NCBI GenBank assembly: GCA_028130375.1
Contig: GCA_028130375.1_3658.1
Origin: a phage
Reading direction: 5' to 3' (one strand)
DNA length: 64,000 bases
Positions within the stretch are counted from its first letter, which is position 1; the number at the start of each line of letters is the position of its first letter. The position numbers and the translations under genes were made by a program. Positions 56,342 through 64,000 of this stretch are shown here, one piece after another. Below the pieces are notes generated by a model. That model searched no databases. It was not told the origin of the DNA and saw only the letters and a program-made list of their open reading frames with translations.

Positions 56342-56575
56342 ATGATGGAACAAATTAAACGCACTGAGGCTATTAATGGCAATGTGATCTATTTTGTCAG
56401 CAAAAACGAAAAAGGCGTACCCTATGCGGCGGTAACAGTACAACCTGACGGCGATTATTGGTTTACTGTGTACGGCGCTTATTCTTTTGGGCGTCCAGTG
56501 CATGATAAAATTTTGAAAGTAGCGAACCCTACCGGGAAGAATATCACAGCAGAAAAATTTTTTGAAAATAGTTGA
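56342..56575 (+). CDS. Hypothetical protein
   Basis: 77 aa, RBS agagaggtaaa. Confidence 0.5.
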   Translation: MMEQIKRTEAINGNVIYFVSKNEKGVPYAAVTVQPDGDYWFTVYGAYSFGRPVHDKILKVANPTGKNITAEKFFENS

Positions 56576-56650
56576 CATGACCATATAAGACTGTAATATA
56601 TAAATCAAAGGGGGCAACAAGCCCCACCAACCACAAAGAGGATAAAAATC

Positions 56651-56830
56651 ATGGCTATTATTGCAAAGACTGAGATCGTAGGCTTAGATTCTATTCTCCT
56701 CGCATATGAGGAAGCTATAGAAATGTATGTGGTTTCCTATGGTGAGTATATCCGTGAATATAAATCTATTGATCTGGCTTTTGAATGTTATATTCGCCAG
56801 GTTAATAAAGCGTACGATGATTATCGTTAA
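56651..56830 (+). CDS. Small hypothetical protein (59 aa)
   Basis: Unlisted short ORF with full cassette TTGACA..TAATAT, hairpin, acaaagaggataaaaatcATG. Confidence 0.35.
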   Translation: MAIIAKTEIVGLDSILLAYEEAIEMYVVSYGEYIREYKSIDLAFECYIRQVNKAYDDYR

Positions 56831-57035
56831 AATAGTTTGACAACAAACAACCATCTAACAAAGCATAATACATAAGGTGGTAGAATGATCCGCCACCCGG
56901 AACAAAGAAGAGGTAAACACCATGAAACAAAAATTAATTGATGCTGTGATCCTGGTTATTGCCCTGGGTATTGGCCTGATTGCAACCATGGCTAATATGA
57001 TCTTGTCTTCCAACGGTATCTGGTGAGGTTGGCAA

Positions 57036-57251
57036 ATGATCACTAACAAAACAGGCAAAACAGAATTTTTACGCAACTTACAGATCGGCAAGCCTGAGAT
57101 CTGGTATTGCACTAAAACACCACGTGACGAAATGAAAGACTTCACCGCCACGTTGCAACGGGTAAAGATATCCATCACGCAGAAAAAGGCCTTATTAGTG
57201 GTGGAAGGTGAGATCCCCCAAACCGTTGTTATAGTTGAGCGTACAGCATAG
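57036..57251 (+). CDS. Hypothetical protein
   Basis: 71-aa ORF. Confidence 0.4.
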   Translation: MITNKTGKTEFLRNLQIGKPEIWYCTKTPRDEMKDFTATLQRVKISITQKKALLVVEGEIPQTVVIVERTA

Positions 57252-57342
57252 TTTAATTTATACCGATACCCGAAAATTAACCAACAAAGCATAAACAGGC
57301 GGTTACCGCCGCCTTAAACGTAGCAGAAAGAGGATAGACACA

Positions 57343-57627
57343 ATGAAAAAGATGATCGCAGTGGTTGCCCTGGTTGTTGGACTTAATGCGCCTGTAATGG
57401 CTAAAGAGCTGGCAAAAGAGGTTAATCTAACGGATATTCATGCCGTCAATAAAATCGGGGTTACTTATCGCTTATGCCTTGCCGCTAAAACTTTCCAGGA
57501 CGGCACGACAGAGTACTACGGATTCGAGGGTATCCGGTGCGGTGAGCTTGCTCGCGACCTTAAGGAAGATCCAGACCTGGAAGATCTGCCCATCACCGTA
57601 AACGGTAAAGCTTACGTAAACCGTTAA
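57343..57627 (+). CDS. Small secreted/periplasmic protein (signal peptide)
   Basis: 94 aa; MKKMIAVVALVVGLNAPVMAKE looks like a Sec signal; RBS agaaagagga. Confidence 0.5.
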   Translation: MKKMIAVVALVVGLNAPVMAKELAKEVNLTDIHAVNKIGVTYRLCLAAKTFQDGTTEYYGFEGIRCGELARDLKEDPDLEDLPITVNGKAYVNR

Positions 57628-57779
57628 CCATGAGAAAGATAATCATCACCTTGGGGATTGTGGCGGGATCGCTGGCGCTCTTTCCCCTTATGGTTAGGTA
57701 TGTGCTGATCAGTATTGTCCTGGTAGTCAGTGATCTATTGGAAACGGTTGGCACCTTGTTTTAAAGAGCGATAAAAAAA

Positions 57780-57971
57780 ATGAATGTCGAACAAGTTAGA
57801 AAGGTATTGGCGGTACTGCGTTATCATAATCATAGAAAGGTCATAGACGATCCTGATTATGTCGATTCAAACCTGGAAGAGGATACACTACAAGCCATAA
57901 GTAACATGCAAGAATTGCTAAAGCGCATGACAGAGAAAAACCGACCGGACTACATAGGCGAAAAAATATAA
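57780..57971 (+). CDS. Hypothetical small protein
   Basis: 63 aa; followed by hairpin aaaacagg..cctgtttt + T-run at about 57986-58015. Confidence 0.4.
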   Translation: MNVEQVRKVLAVLRYHNHRKVIDDPDYVDSNLEEDTLQAISNMQELLKRMTEKNRPDYIGEKI

Positions 57972-58030
57972 TATTTATAAACTACAAAACAGGGCTTGCA
58001 ATGGTCCTGTTTTTTGTTATACTTATTCCA

Positions 58031-58066
58031 CGGCAGGCACCTGGCGACGGGGGAGACAATCACCGG
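58031..58066. repeat. GC-rich dispersed element, inverted copy
   Basis: Reverse complement matches 49056-49090. Confidence 0.55.
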
Positions 58067-58181
58067 GCCTGCCTGTCATATAAGAACTATAAAAACCGTT
58101 GACATCTGCCATGGGGTGGGGTAACATTTATCTTGAAGGGGCAAAAGTGCCCACACAACAACCAGGAGAGAGGAAAACATT

Positions 58182-58454
58182 ATGTCAAGCTGGATTAATC
58201 AAGAAGTCGAATCACGTTTTAATGCTATATGGGATCTCATCGAAAAAGAGGACGGAACATCAAGCCCCTACCTCAACAATTTGGAATTCCATTTTGTGGA
58301 AGCGATGAACGCAGAACATGATCACGAAGGTGGCGCGGATGAGTTCGCTAAAGGTTATGGCTTTAACAATGCCAACGAAATGATCGAGGCGGTAGTACTC
58401 CAGGCTGAGGAAGATTATCAATTAAAAACGCTTGAATTCTGCCGCCGTAAGTAA
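58182..58454 (+). CDS. Hypothetical acidic protein
   Basis: 90 aa; promoter TTGACA-17-TAACAT at about 58086-58114. Confidence 0.5.
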   Translation: MSSWINQEVESRFNAIWDLIEKEDGTSSPYLNNLEFHFVEAMNAEHDHEGGADEFAKGYGFNNANEMIEAVVLQAEEDYQLKTLEFCRRK

Positions 58455-58514
58455 TAAGATAATGACACGGGCCAAAAGGCCCACTAATCAGAACCACACA
58501 AAGAGAGAAAGAAA

Positions 58515-58733
58515 ATGACAACCCGTAAAATTAAAGTTGTTTGCATTGAATCGACTGGGGGCGCTTTTGTAGTTGGTCAGGAATATAATGCGGTTTTAAT
58601 GGGTACGGATTGGAAGGTTAAAGGCCTTAATGGTTACGAGTACGGCACTACTTGCGGCTTGCGTGGTCGAATCGGATACGTGAGTTTAGACAATAAAGAA
58701 AAATTTGTTTTCGACACCCTTGTGAGTAAATAG
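58515..58733 (+). CDS. Hypothetical small protein
   Basis: 72-aa ORF. Confidence 0.45.
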   Translation: MTTRKIKVVCIESTGGAFVVGQEYNAVLMGTDWKVKGLNGYEYGTTCGLRGRIGYVSLDNKEKFVFDTLVSK

Positions 58734-58810
58734 CATGAATTGCTAAAGACTGATCTGCGAACTGCTGTATTATCAACTAATCAAAACGAACCACATAAAG
58801 AGTAAACATC

Positions 58811-59074
58811 ATGAAACGTCTGGATCAGCTTAAATTAGTTCAGTACATGGCCTACAGAATTCTTGAAGTCCAAAAAGGTAGCAAAAAAGAGGTTTGCGAG
58901 AAAGCTTATAAGATCTTTACCCGCAAAAAAGATGACTGGATGCTGCGCCAGACCAAAAAGGCTGACATCTTGGGGTACCTGGAAGAAGAGATCCGCCTTG
59001 AAGAGCAAGAAGAGATCCGCCGTAGTGAGGCAGATTATCAGGCAGCTTGGGAAAGCTGGATGAGTAACAAATAA
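58811..59074 (+). CDS. Hypothetical protein
   Basis: 87-aa ORF. Confidence 0.5.
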   Translation: MKRLDQLKLVQYMAYRILEVQKGSKKEVCEKAYKIFTRKKDDWMLRQTKKADILGYLEEEIRLEEQEEIRRSEADYQAAWESWMSNK

Positions 59075-59217
59075 TACAACAAGTTACGGTCAGGGGGTAA
59101 TAAAGCCCCTTGATCACATAAAAATTATGCTATCCCTGGTTGACAGGGATCGGCAGTTTTGCTATATTCTTTTTTGAAGGGAAGTTGTAAGAAAATTAAC
59201 TAAGAGGTAAAAACACC

Positions 59218-59637
59218 ATGAACATTAAATCTAATAATCCGGCATATAGCTTTGATAACGCTTTTTGTCACGGTCCGGCGGCGAAAGGATTCGAAATCGA
59301 TGGTAAACTAATTATTGTCAATGTTGACGGGGAAGAGGTTGCAGTATATCCGGTGGCAGACGTAAAAAGTCGTTTACAATGCCGCATGGATGTTACCGCC
59401 TACCAGCTTGATCCGGTCCGCATAGTTGCCCTGGTCCTGGAAGGAGAAATTAAAGCCATGCACCATAGCAACAGGTTTATTGGTGACGCTCAGGATAATA
59501 TGAAAGTATGCCGCCATAAAGTTAATGAAGTGCTTAAAGAGTACGGCTATAAAGATCTTATGATCAAACGTGAGGAAAAATTCCGCTACCGTAACGACCT
59601 GGCAAATCGGATTTTTGAAATATACGAATCATTATAA
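59218..59637 (+). CDS. Hypothetical protein (last gene of cluster)
   Basis: 139 aa; promoter TTGACA-17-TATATT at about 59141-59169; terminator hairpin aaggggcttaggcccctt + T-run at 59655-59680. Confidence 0.5.
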   Translation: MNIKSNNPAYSFDNAFCHGPAAKGFEIDGKLIIVNVDGEEVAVYPVADVKSRLQCRMDVTAYQLDPVRIVALVLEGEIKAMHHSNRFIGDAQDNMKVCRHKVNEVLKEYGYKDLMIKREEKFRYRNDLANRIFEIYESL

Positions 59638-60298
59638 TTTTTAACTGAATTATCAAGGGGCTTAGGCCCCTTTCTTTTTGTCTGCTCTTCCCCCCTACCA
59701 TAAACGGCCCTACCTGGCAAGTGGAATAATTGACGAGCCATCAATCCCACACACTGTACAAATATACATGTAAAATAGCTATTGCATAACCTTTCATTGT
59801 GTGGTAGCGGTGCTATTTTTTACCCGTTTTCCTTCCAAAATTGCACGTAATGCAGTTATTGCACAAAATTTAACCTGATGCACATCTTCAATATCTTGTC
59901 AACAACTAAAAATCTTTATAAGTCATACACTTACACAAACCAAAGAGCGTGTTCTACGTGAAAAATCGAGTATAACTATAGCCGCCAGATCTCAGAATTT
60001 ACGTACGCTCGCCATTCTATAGCCTGCTAAGCATTTATTCCAACCATAGAATAACGGAATAGTCAATACCTGCATAAAATAATTATTCGTGTAAACTGCA
60101 TAACATAAATCAGCTTAGGTGTCAACATTTTTCGTAAACAGTCTGAAATTATCACGGTGAGTTATCATAAACAGAGAAATCTTTAGTCGTCTAATGTTTA
60201 CTGTACGTTACTATACTAACTGAAATCATTAGATGACTAATAGAAAGATAAGAAATAATTAACAATACAATTATTTTATCTGTAACAATAAGGCAACT

Positions 60299-60530
60299 AT
60301 GCAAACGAATGGCATGGCGCGACGGAGTCGCGACATAATATAAAAGCAGTAACCATCACCCCCGTGATAGTTTGTCTGCAAACTATTAATCAGATCATAG
60401 TTGCCTTGTATTTAGTTAATCATGACATAACAAGCAAGGCAACTATAGATCTTCTAATAGTTGCCCTGCTTTTATATTATGTCATAGATTATTAACTTGC
60501 TAATAGTTATCATGCAAACGAATGGCATGG
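60299..60530. repeat. Nested inverted/direct repeat block (GGCAACTAT arms; 20-bp direct repeat atgcaaacgaatggcatggc)
   Basis: ggcaactat at about 60292 and 60437 with reverse complement atagttgcc at about 60399 and 60458; exact 20-bp direct repeat at 60299-60318 and 60511-60530. Confidence 0.6.
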
Positions 60531-60533
60531 CTT

Positions 60534-60608
60534 ATCATTTCCATGTAAACTGTCAAGGTGTAAACTATCCAGGCGTAAACAGTCTATGCGGGAACAATCT
60601 ATACGTGA
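60534..60608. repeat. Iteron-like tandem array (5 copies, period about 15 bp, core GTAAAC-W-GTC)
   Basis: gtaaactgtcaagg / gtaaactatccagg / gtaaacagtctatg / gaacaatctatacg / gtgaacagtgaaac; further GTAAACAG copies near 60100, 60136, 60907, 61676. Confidence 0.6.
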
Positions 60609-61254
60609 ACAGTGAAACATGAAATAATAACAGTCGTTATTGTTCCATATTGTGTCATAGTATGTCACCATTATGTCTAAAGTGTCTAAGGTGTCAGACA
60701 AGTTTTTCTCCTCTTTGTCAAGTGCTGCATGAAAAATTTACAATCTTGTATGGTAGCATTTTTGCGGCCATGTTTACATTCAGCGATGTATGTATAAGCC
60801 TTGTTGTGTGGGCGTTTAGACGTCTAGACGGTTGGAAGTCCACAGGTCAATATCTAATCTATCGGCTGCTAACTATATCCCACACAAATAGTAATAAATA
60901 TAATTGTTATATGCGTAAACAGTAACTCATGTTATCAATCCCTGTATGTATCGCCAGTGGTGCGCATAATGGGTATTATGTTAAATTGCCCGTAATGATA
61001 ACAGTTCTCACAATGATAGGTATTCTCATTCATCCACACAAAATAGGTTGCAAATGTTGTGCCACTGTGTGAACGGCCTGGCCTATTAATTTCTCTCACT
61101 GCCTCGATATTTGAGAATTGTTATAAGAATGAGAAGTATTCCCATTCCGTCCGCCTGGCAGCGCTCCTGTAGGTCCTGCAAGGACTCTAGCTGAAAGCTA
61201 GACCCTTCGGGCCTCCCTGTAGGTCAGGTCAAAATCGTGGCAGAACTGAGCCTG

Positions 61255-61470
61255 TTCAGATATTTCTGGCTGACTCTTCAGGTCTGTGTGGGAAAAGCCA
61301 ACCTCTCCGGCGGGGCAGGGGGAGGTCAATTAAAAAATTTACGTGGTGTATGAAGCGCTCTTCAGGTAAGGCAGGTATTATGGGATGAAACCCTCTTCAG
61401 GCAATGATATTTGTGGGTGTGATATTTGCTGGAAAGCCAGATATGACGGGACTCCCGGCGGGGCAGGGGT
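61255..61470. repeat. GC-rich direct repeats (CTCTTCAGG several copies; cYccggcggggcagggg x2)
   Basis: ctcttcagg at about 61275, 61349, 61393 (again near 61805); ccggcggggcagggg at 61307-61321 and 61455-61469. Confidence 0.55.
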
Positions 61471-62165
61471 AGTACAGACAGGGAAAATATGAGAATGTAG
61501 TTGGGGAAATTGATCAGACAGGTAGAGTATGGAATATGTTACAAGTATGTTAAATATGGAGGTTGAATATCTGTAGGATTTGTGTGTAAAATCAAAGACT
61601 TAAGGGGTGTTGTGGTATTTTCTATAAATAATTCAAGTTTAATAGGCAATATTTGTCTCTATCCGCTTTGTGTGGTAAACAGATTCAGATTAGATTGGTT
61701 TACAAGTGTATACATAATATACAAATTAAAGATACAAGAAACCCCCCTCCCCCCTTCGGCTACCATTCACCTTTTCCTCTGACTGGTACTTAAACACTTA
61801 TTCAGACTCTTCAGGTTATCACCCATATATCATATGGCAGTGACTGGTGTCCTCCGGCCCCTCTTTCGTCACCCGTCCGCTTCGCCATGCTAATGCCATA
61901 GCTAATGGTTCGGTTGTTCACCCTGTTCACTCAGGTGTATCTCTATACCCCTTCAAACCGAAGAGAACAGAAAACCCGAATTACTCGGTAAAAGAAAAGA
62001 GAAGAACTTAATTTTATCAGGATAGGCAAGAATGTCAAGGCATGACTGCTCACTAAACAAGCAAACAGTCATGTGTGGGAGGTAAGTGATTGTGGTGGTA
62101 GGAAATTTAGTTGAAAGATGTGTTATAGGTGCTTCCAGCACTTTAGCCGGGCAGCTAATTGTGTG

Positions 62166-62381
62166 TCAGTCCAGCGGTTCATCCTCTACTTCACTGAAAT
62201 CAATGTTCATGGTCTCTTCCCAACCATCGATCTCAGCACAAGAGTGGAGTTCTTTAGGGTTTACTCCCAAAGCCTCAGCAACAGAGTCTATATTTAACAC
62301 CTCTGGCAGGTATGATTCATCGAATTCAAGGTAAATCAGGCCACGAGTGTTGTCAGCTCCACCAAATATCTCTATCTTCAT
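62166..62381 (-). CDS. Hypothetical acidic small protein
   Basis: 71-aa ORF on - strand. Confidence 0.4.
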   Translation of the reverse strand: MKIEIFGGADNTRGLIYLEFDESYLPEVLNIDSVAEALGVNPKELHSCAEIDGWEETMNIDFSEVEDEPLD

Positions 62382-62502
62382 AAAATCTCCTCTGGGAATG
62401 AAAGTGTGAACAGGGTTTTATACGTTCTAATGCACAGGAATTATACACGTTTGCCTCTTCAGGCCATGCTTTAGCATGAGGAACCTGTGTGGGCTCGGTG
62501 CT

Positions 62503-62715
62503 TCATAGTCTACCACCTCTGAACTCTTCGTGCTCAGGCATAATAGAGAACCAGATATCTACGATGTCCTCCCACGTCAGGTCATCAGCCTCAGGATCTG
62601 TCTGGGACGAAGATGAAGAGTCCTCAGAATCTAAGTTTTCCTCTTTAACTGGCTCATCCAAGGGACATATGGTCACTCCTTCGGATGTCTCTTCAGATGC
62701 ATGTGTGTTGATCAT
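62503..62715 (-). CDS. Hypothetical acidic small protein
   Basis: 70-aa ORF; an overlapping + strand ORF also exists so strand is uncertain; - strand chosen to match neighbours. Confidence 0.3.
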   Translation of the reverse strand: MINTHASEETSEGVTICPLDEPVKEENLDSEDSSSSSQTDPEADDLTWEDIVDIWFSIMPEHEEFRGGRL

Positions 62716-63075
62716 GTTCCACCCGTGAGTATTCCGGCAACAGCCGCTATGGAAGTAATGATCATCAGGATCACCACTAAAACTTCAGACAATGTTCTCA
62801 TTGTGTATTCCATATTCTCCAAACTGTGTGTGGATACTATCACGGGAGCGGTAATGTGTCAACAGAAACGCCGCGAGGGTTTGGTTAAAATCCGAGCGTA
62901 TGGTGATTTGGGTCAAAACGGACGTGCGTTCTCGCTACGCTCGAAAGAGAGATTTGTTTGTAGGAAGCTCTTAAACGCTCTGTAATGAGATTATCTGTCC
63001 AAGGTATGCAATCGTGCACCAGATAAAGAAAAGGACGCCACAGAGCGTCCTAGGTGTCTTAAATTTGATATTTTG

Positions 63076-63375
63076 CTATACCCATGAGGGCTTATCAAGG
63101 TTGGAGTAGCTGAAAGGTGTCAAAAGGTGACTGTCAAAATCTCTCAAACTATCTAAATCTTTTTCCTCGTCCTGACACCATCTGTGCCTACATTTATTGT
63201 TGTAGTGCATAGAATGCATAGCGTTCTGCAATTTAACAGGCACAAGTGATTCAGGAGTAGATAGTATTGTTGGGTATGCCAGAACCACCTCAAACAGTGG
63301 AAACACATCGAAACTAAAGTCTACCTCTGCAGAGGTTGATGGCATGTAAGAGTATTTAGCCGCCTTTGTAGACAT
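63076..63375 (-). CDS. Hypothetical protein
   Basis: Start moved to ATG at 63375 after gaggtgg; about 99 aa. Confidence 0.45.
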   Translation of the reverse strand: MSTKAAKYSYMPSTSAEVDFSFDVFPLFEVVLAYPTILSTPESLVPVKLQNAMHSMHYNNKCRHRWCQDEEKDLDSLRDFDSHLLTPFSYSNLDKPSWV

Positions 63376-63383
63376 AATCCACC

Positions 63384-63710
63384 TCACACAGGTTTGATAA
63401 TACCTTTACCGAATAACTCTTCGTATCTAATCTTATCCGGATCCCACTCCTGGATAATTTCGAAGACAATATCCAACCCTGGGATAATCACTTCTCCAGT
63501 GTCGAGCTTAGCAAGAACAAAACCGGAAGGTTGAATGGTTTCCCAGTTGCGCCGATTGGAATAGAAGACCTCGAAAATATCGCCGACCTTTATCTGTTGA
63601 TCAAGATGTTCAAGATTCTCTTTCATATAGACGCAGCGGATTTTTCGTGCAGGCCATAGACCACCTGCATCACGTTCATTTAGCTCTTTTACAGTGATTG
63701 GTATACCCAT
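63384..63710 (-). CDS. Hypothetical protein
   Basis: 108-aa ORF. Confidence 0.5.
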   Translation of the reverse strand: MGIPITVKELNERDAGGLWPARKIRCVYMKENLEHLDQQIKVGDIFEVFYSNRRNWETIQPSGFVLAKLDTGEVIIPGLDIVFEIIQEWDPDKIRYEELFGKGIIKPV

Positions 63711-63733
63711 CTCAAATCTCCTTCATAGATAGT

Positions 63734-63763
63734 AAAAAGAGGGGCCCAAGCCCCTCTCTTTGT
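63734..63763 (-). terminator. Terminator hairpin (agaggggc-ccaa-gcccctct)
   Basis: Perfect 8-bp GC stem flanked by A/T runs, downstream of a - strand gene ending at about 63766. Confidence 0.55.
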
Positions 63764-63765
63764 CA

Positions 63766-64000
63766 TTATTCTACAGAGCGTTTGAACAGAATGTCTGCCT
63801 CAGACATGTGCTCAACCTCTTCTTCGATTTTAGCGCGACGTTTTTCAGCCTCATAGCGAATATCGAACTCGGTAGCCACCAGAGATTTGATGAATTTAGG
63901 AGAATACAGGTGATCCTGCTTCTCAACGAGAATGATATCCTTAATGGCATCTTTCAGATCTTTAATCTGAAGTTGGAGTTCTACCAGTTCTTCGATTGTT
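63766..64000 (-). CDS. Hypothetical protein, C-terminal fragment (continues beyond window)
   Basis: Open - strand frame across the window edge, hand-translated as ...TIEELVELQLQIKDLKDAIKDIILVEKQDHLYSPKFIKSLVATEFDIRYEAEKRRAKIEEEVEHMSEADILFKRSVE-stop. Confidence 0.4.
   Translation of the reverse strand, partial: TIEELVELQLQIKDLKDAIKDIILVEKQDHLYSPKFIKSLVATEFDIRYEAEKRRAKIEEEVEHMSEADILFKRSVE

Noticed and set aside
60534-60608. Possible CRISPR array suggested by the 15-bp tandem repeats
   Set aside because: Repeats are directly adjacent with no spacers and are degenerate; this fits iterons, not CRISPR.
60650-60925. Listed 91-aa ORF in the repeat region
   Set aside because: It starts within the TGTC-period repeats, has no RBS and a Cys/Ser-rich low-complexity translation.
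59640-62160. tRNA gene cluster, as found in some large phages
   Set aside because: No segment shows the expected features by eye (GTTCRANYC T-loop, 7-bp acceptor stem pairing, about 75-nt spacing); cannot be fully excluded without tRNAscan.
62489-62728. + strand ORF overlapping the - strand ORF 62503-62715
   Set aside because: Mutually exclusive with the - strand ORF; neither has a strong RBS. The - strand was preferred for consistency with neighbouring genes, but the call is weak either way.
1-64000. Prophage or mobile-element signatures (integrase, transposase, attachment-site direct repeats)
   Set aside because: No tyrosine or serine recombinase or transposase motifs were recognised in any ORF; the gene content fits a virulent phage.

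Overview
This window reads as a contiguous piece of a large virulent tailed-phage genome, with no integrase, transposase, rRNA, tRNA or CRISPR array detectable by eye. All calls rest on reading the supplied ORF translations and the DNA; no database search was run. Layout: (1) 1-15.3 kb, + strand, tail/baseplate module: baseplate J-like protein, two paralogous tail-fibre genes (one followed by a Tfa-type chaperone), a 581-aa fibre/spike and an 1878-aa adhesin with an Ig-like domain. (2) 15.3-22.4 kb, - strand accessory module: HAD-type phosphatase, Cys-rich small proteins, four tandem paralogous ~87-aa genes, a VWA/HExxH protein. (3) 22.4-48.3 kb, + strand replication/DNA-metabolism module: MoxR/CobS-like AAA+ ATPase, SleB-family cell-wall hydrolase with signal peptide, rIIA, rIIB, Dda-like helicase, two DNA methyltransferase-like genes, TOPRIM primase/DnaB-like helicase, family A DNA polymerase, SSB ending DDDIPF, a macro-domain protein and many small ORFs. 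(4) 48.3-49.45 kb, repeat-rich non-coding region with two Fur-box-like operators. (5) 49.45-59.64 kb, about 27 small + strand genes, most with a stereotyped sigma70 promoter / 5' GC hairpin / Shine-Dalgarno cassette, including three copies of a ~45-bp promoter-bearing stem-loop repeat. (6) 59.64-62.15 kb, non-coding, densely structured region with iteron-like tandem repeats and nested inverted repeats. (7) 62.2-64 kb, - strand small genes. The best candidates for something undescribed are the small-gene cassette region, the two flanking repeat-rich non-coding regions (iterons, Fur-like operators), the 29-bp start-site inverted repeat, and the macro-domain and MoxR/VWA accessory genes. The gene set (rIIA/rIIB with a family A polymerase and T7 gp4-like primase-helicase) is reminiscent of Felix O1-type myoviruses, but that is an unverified guess.
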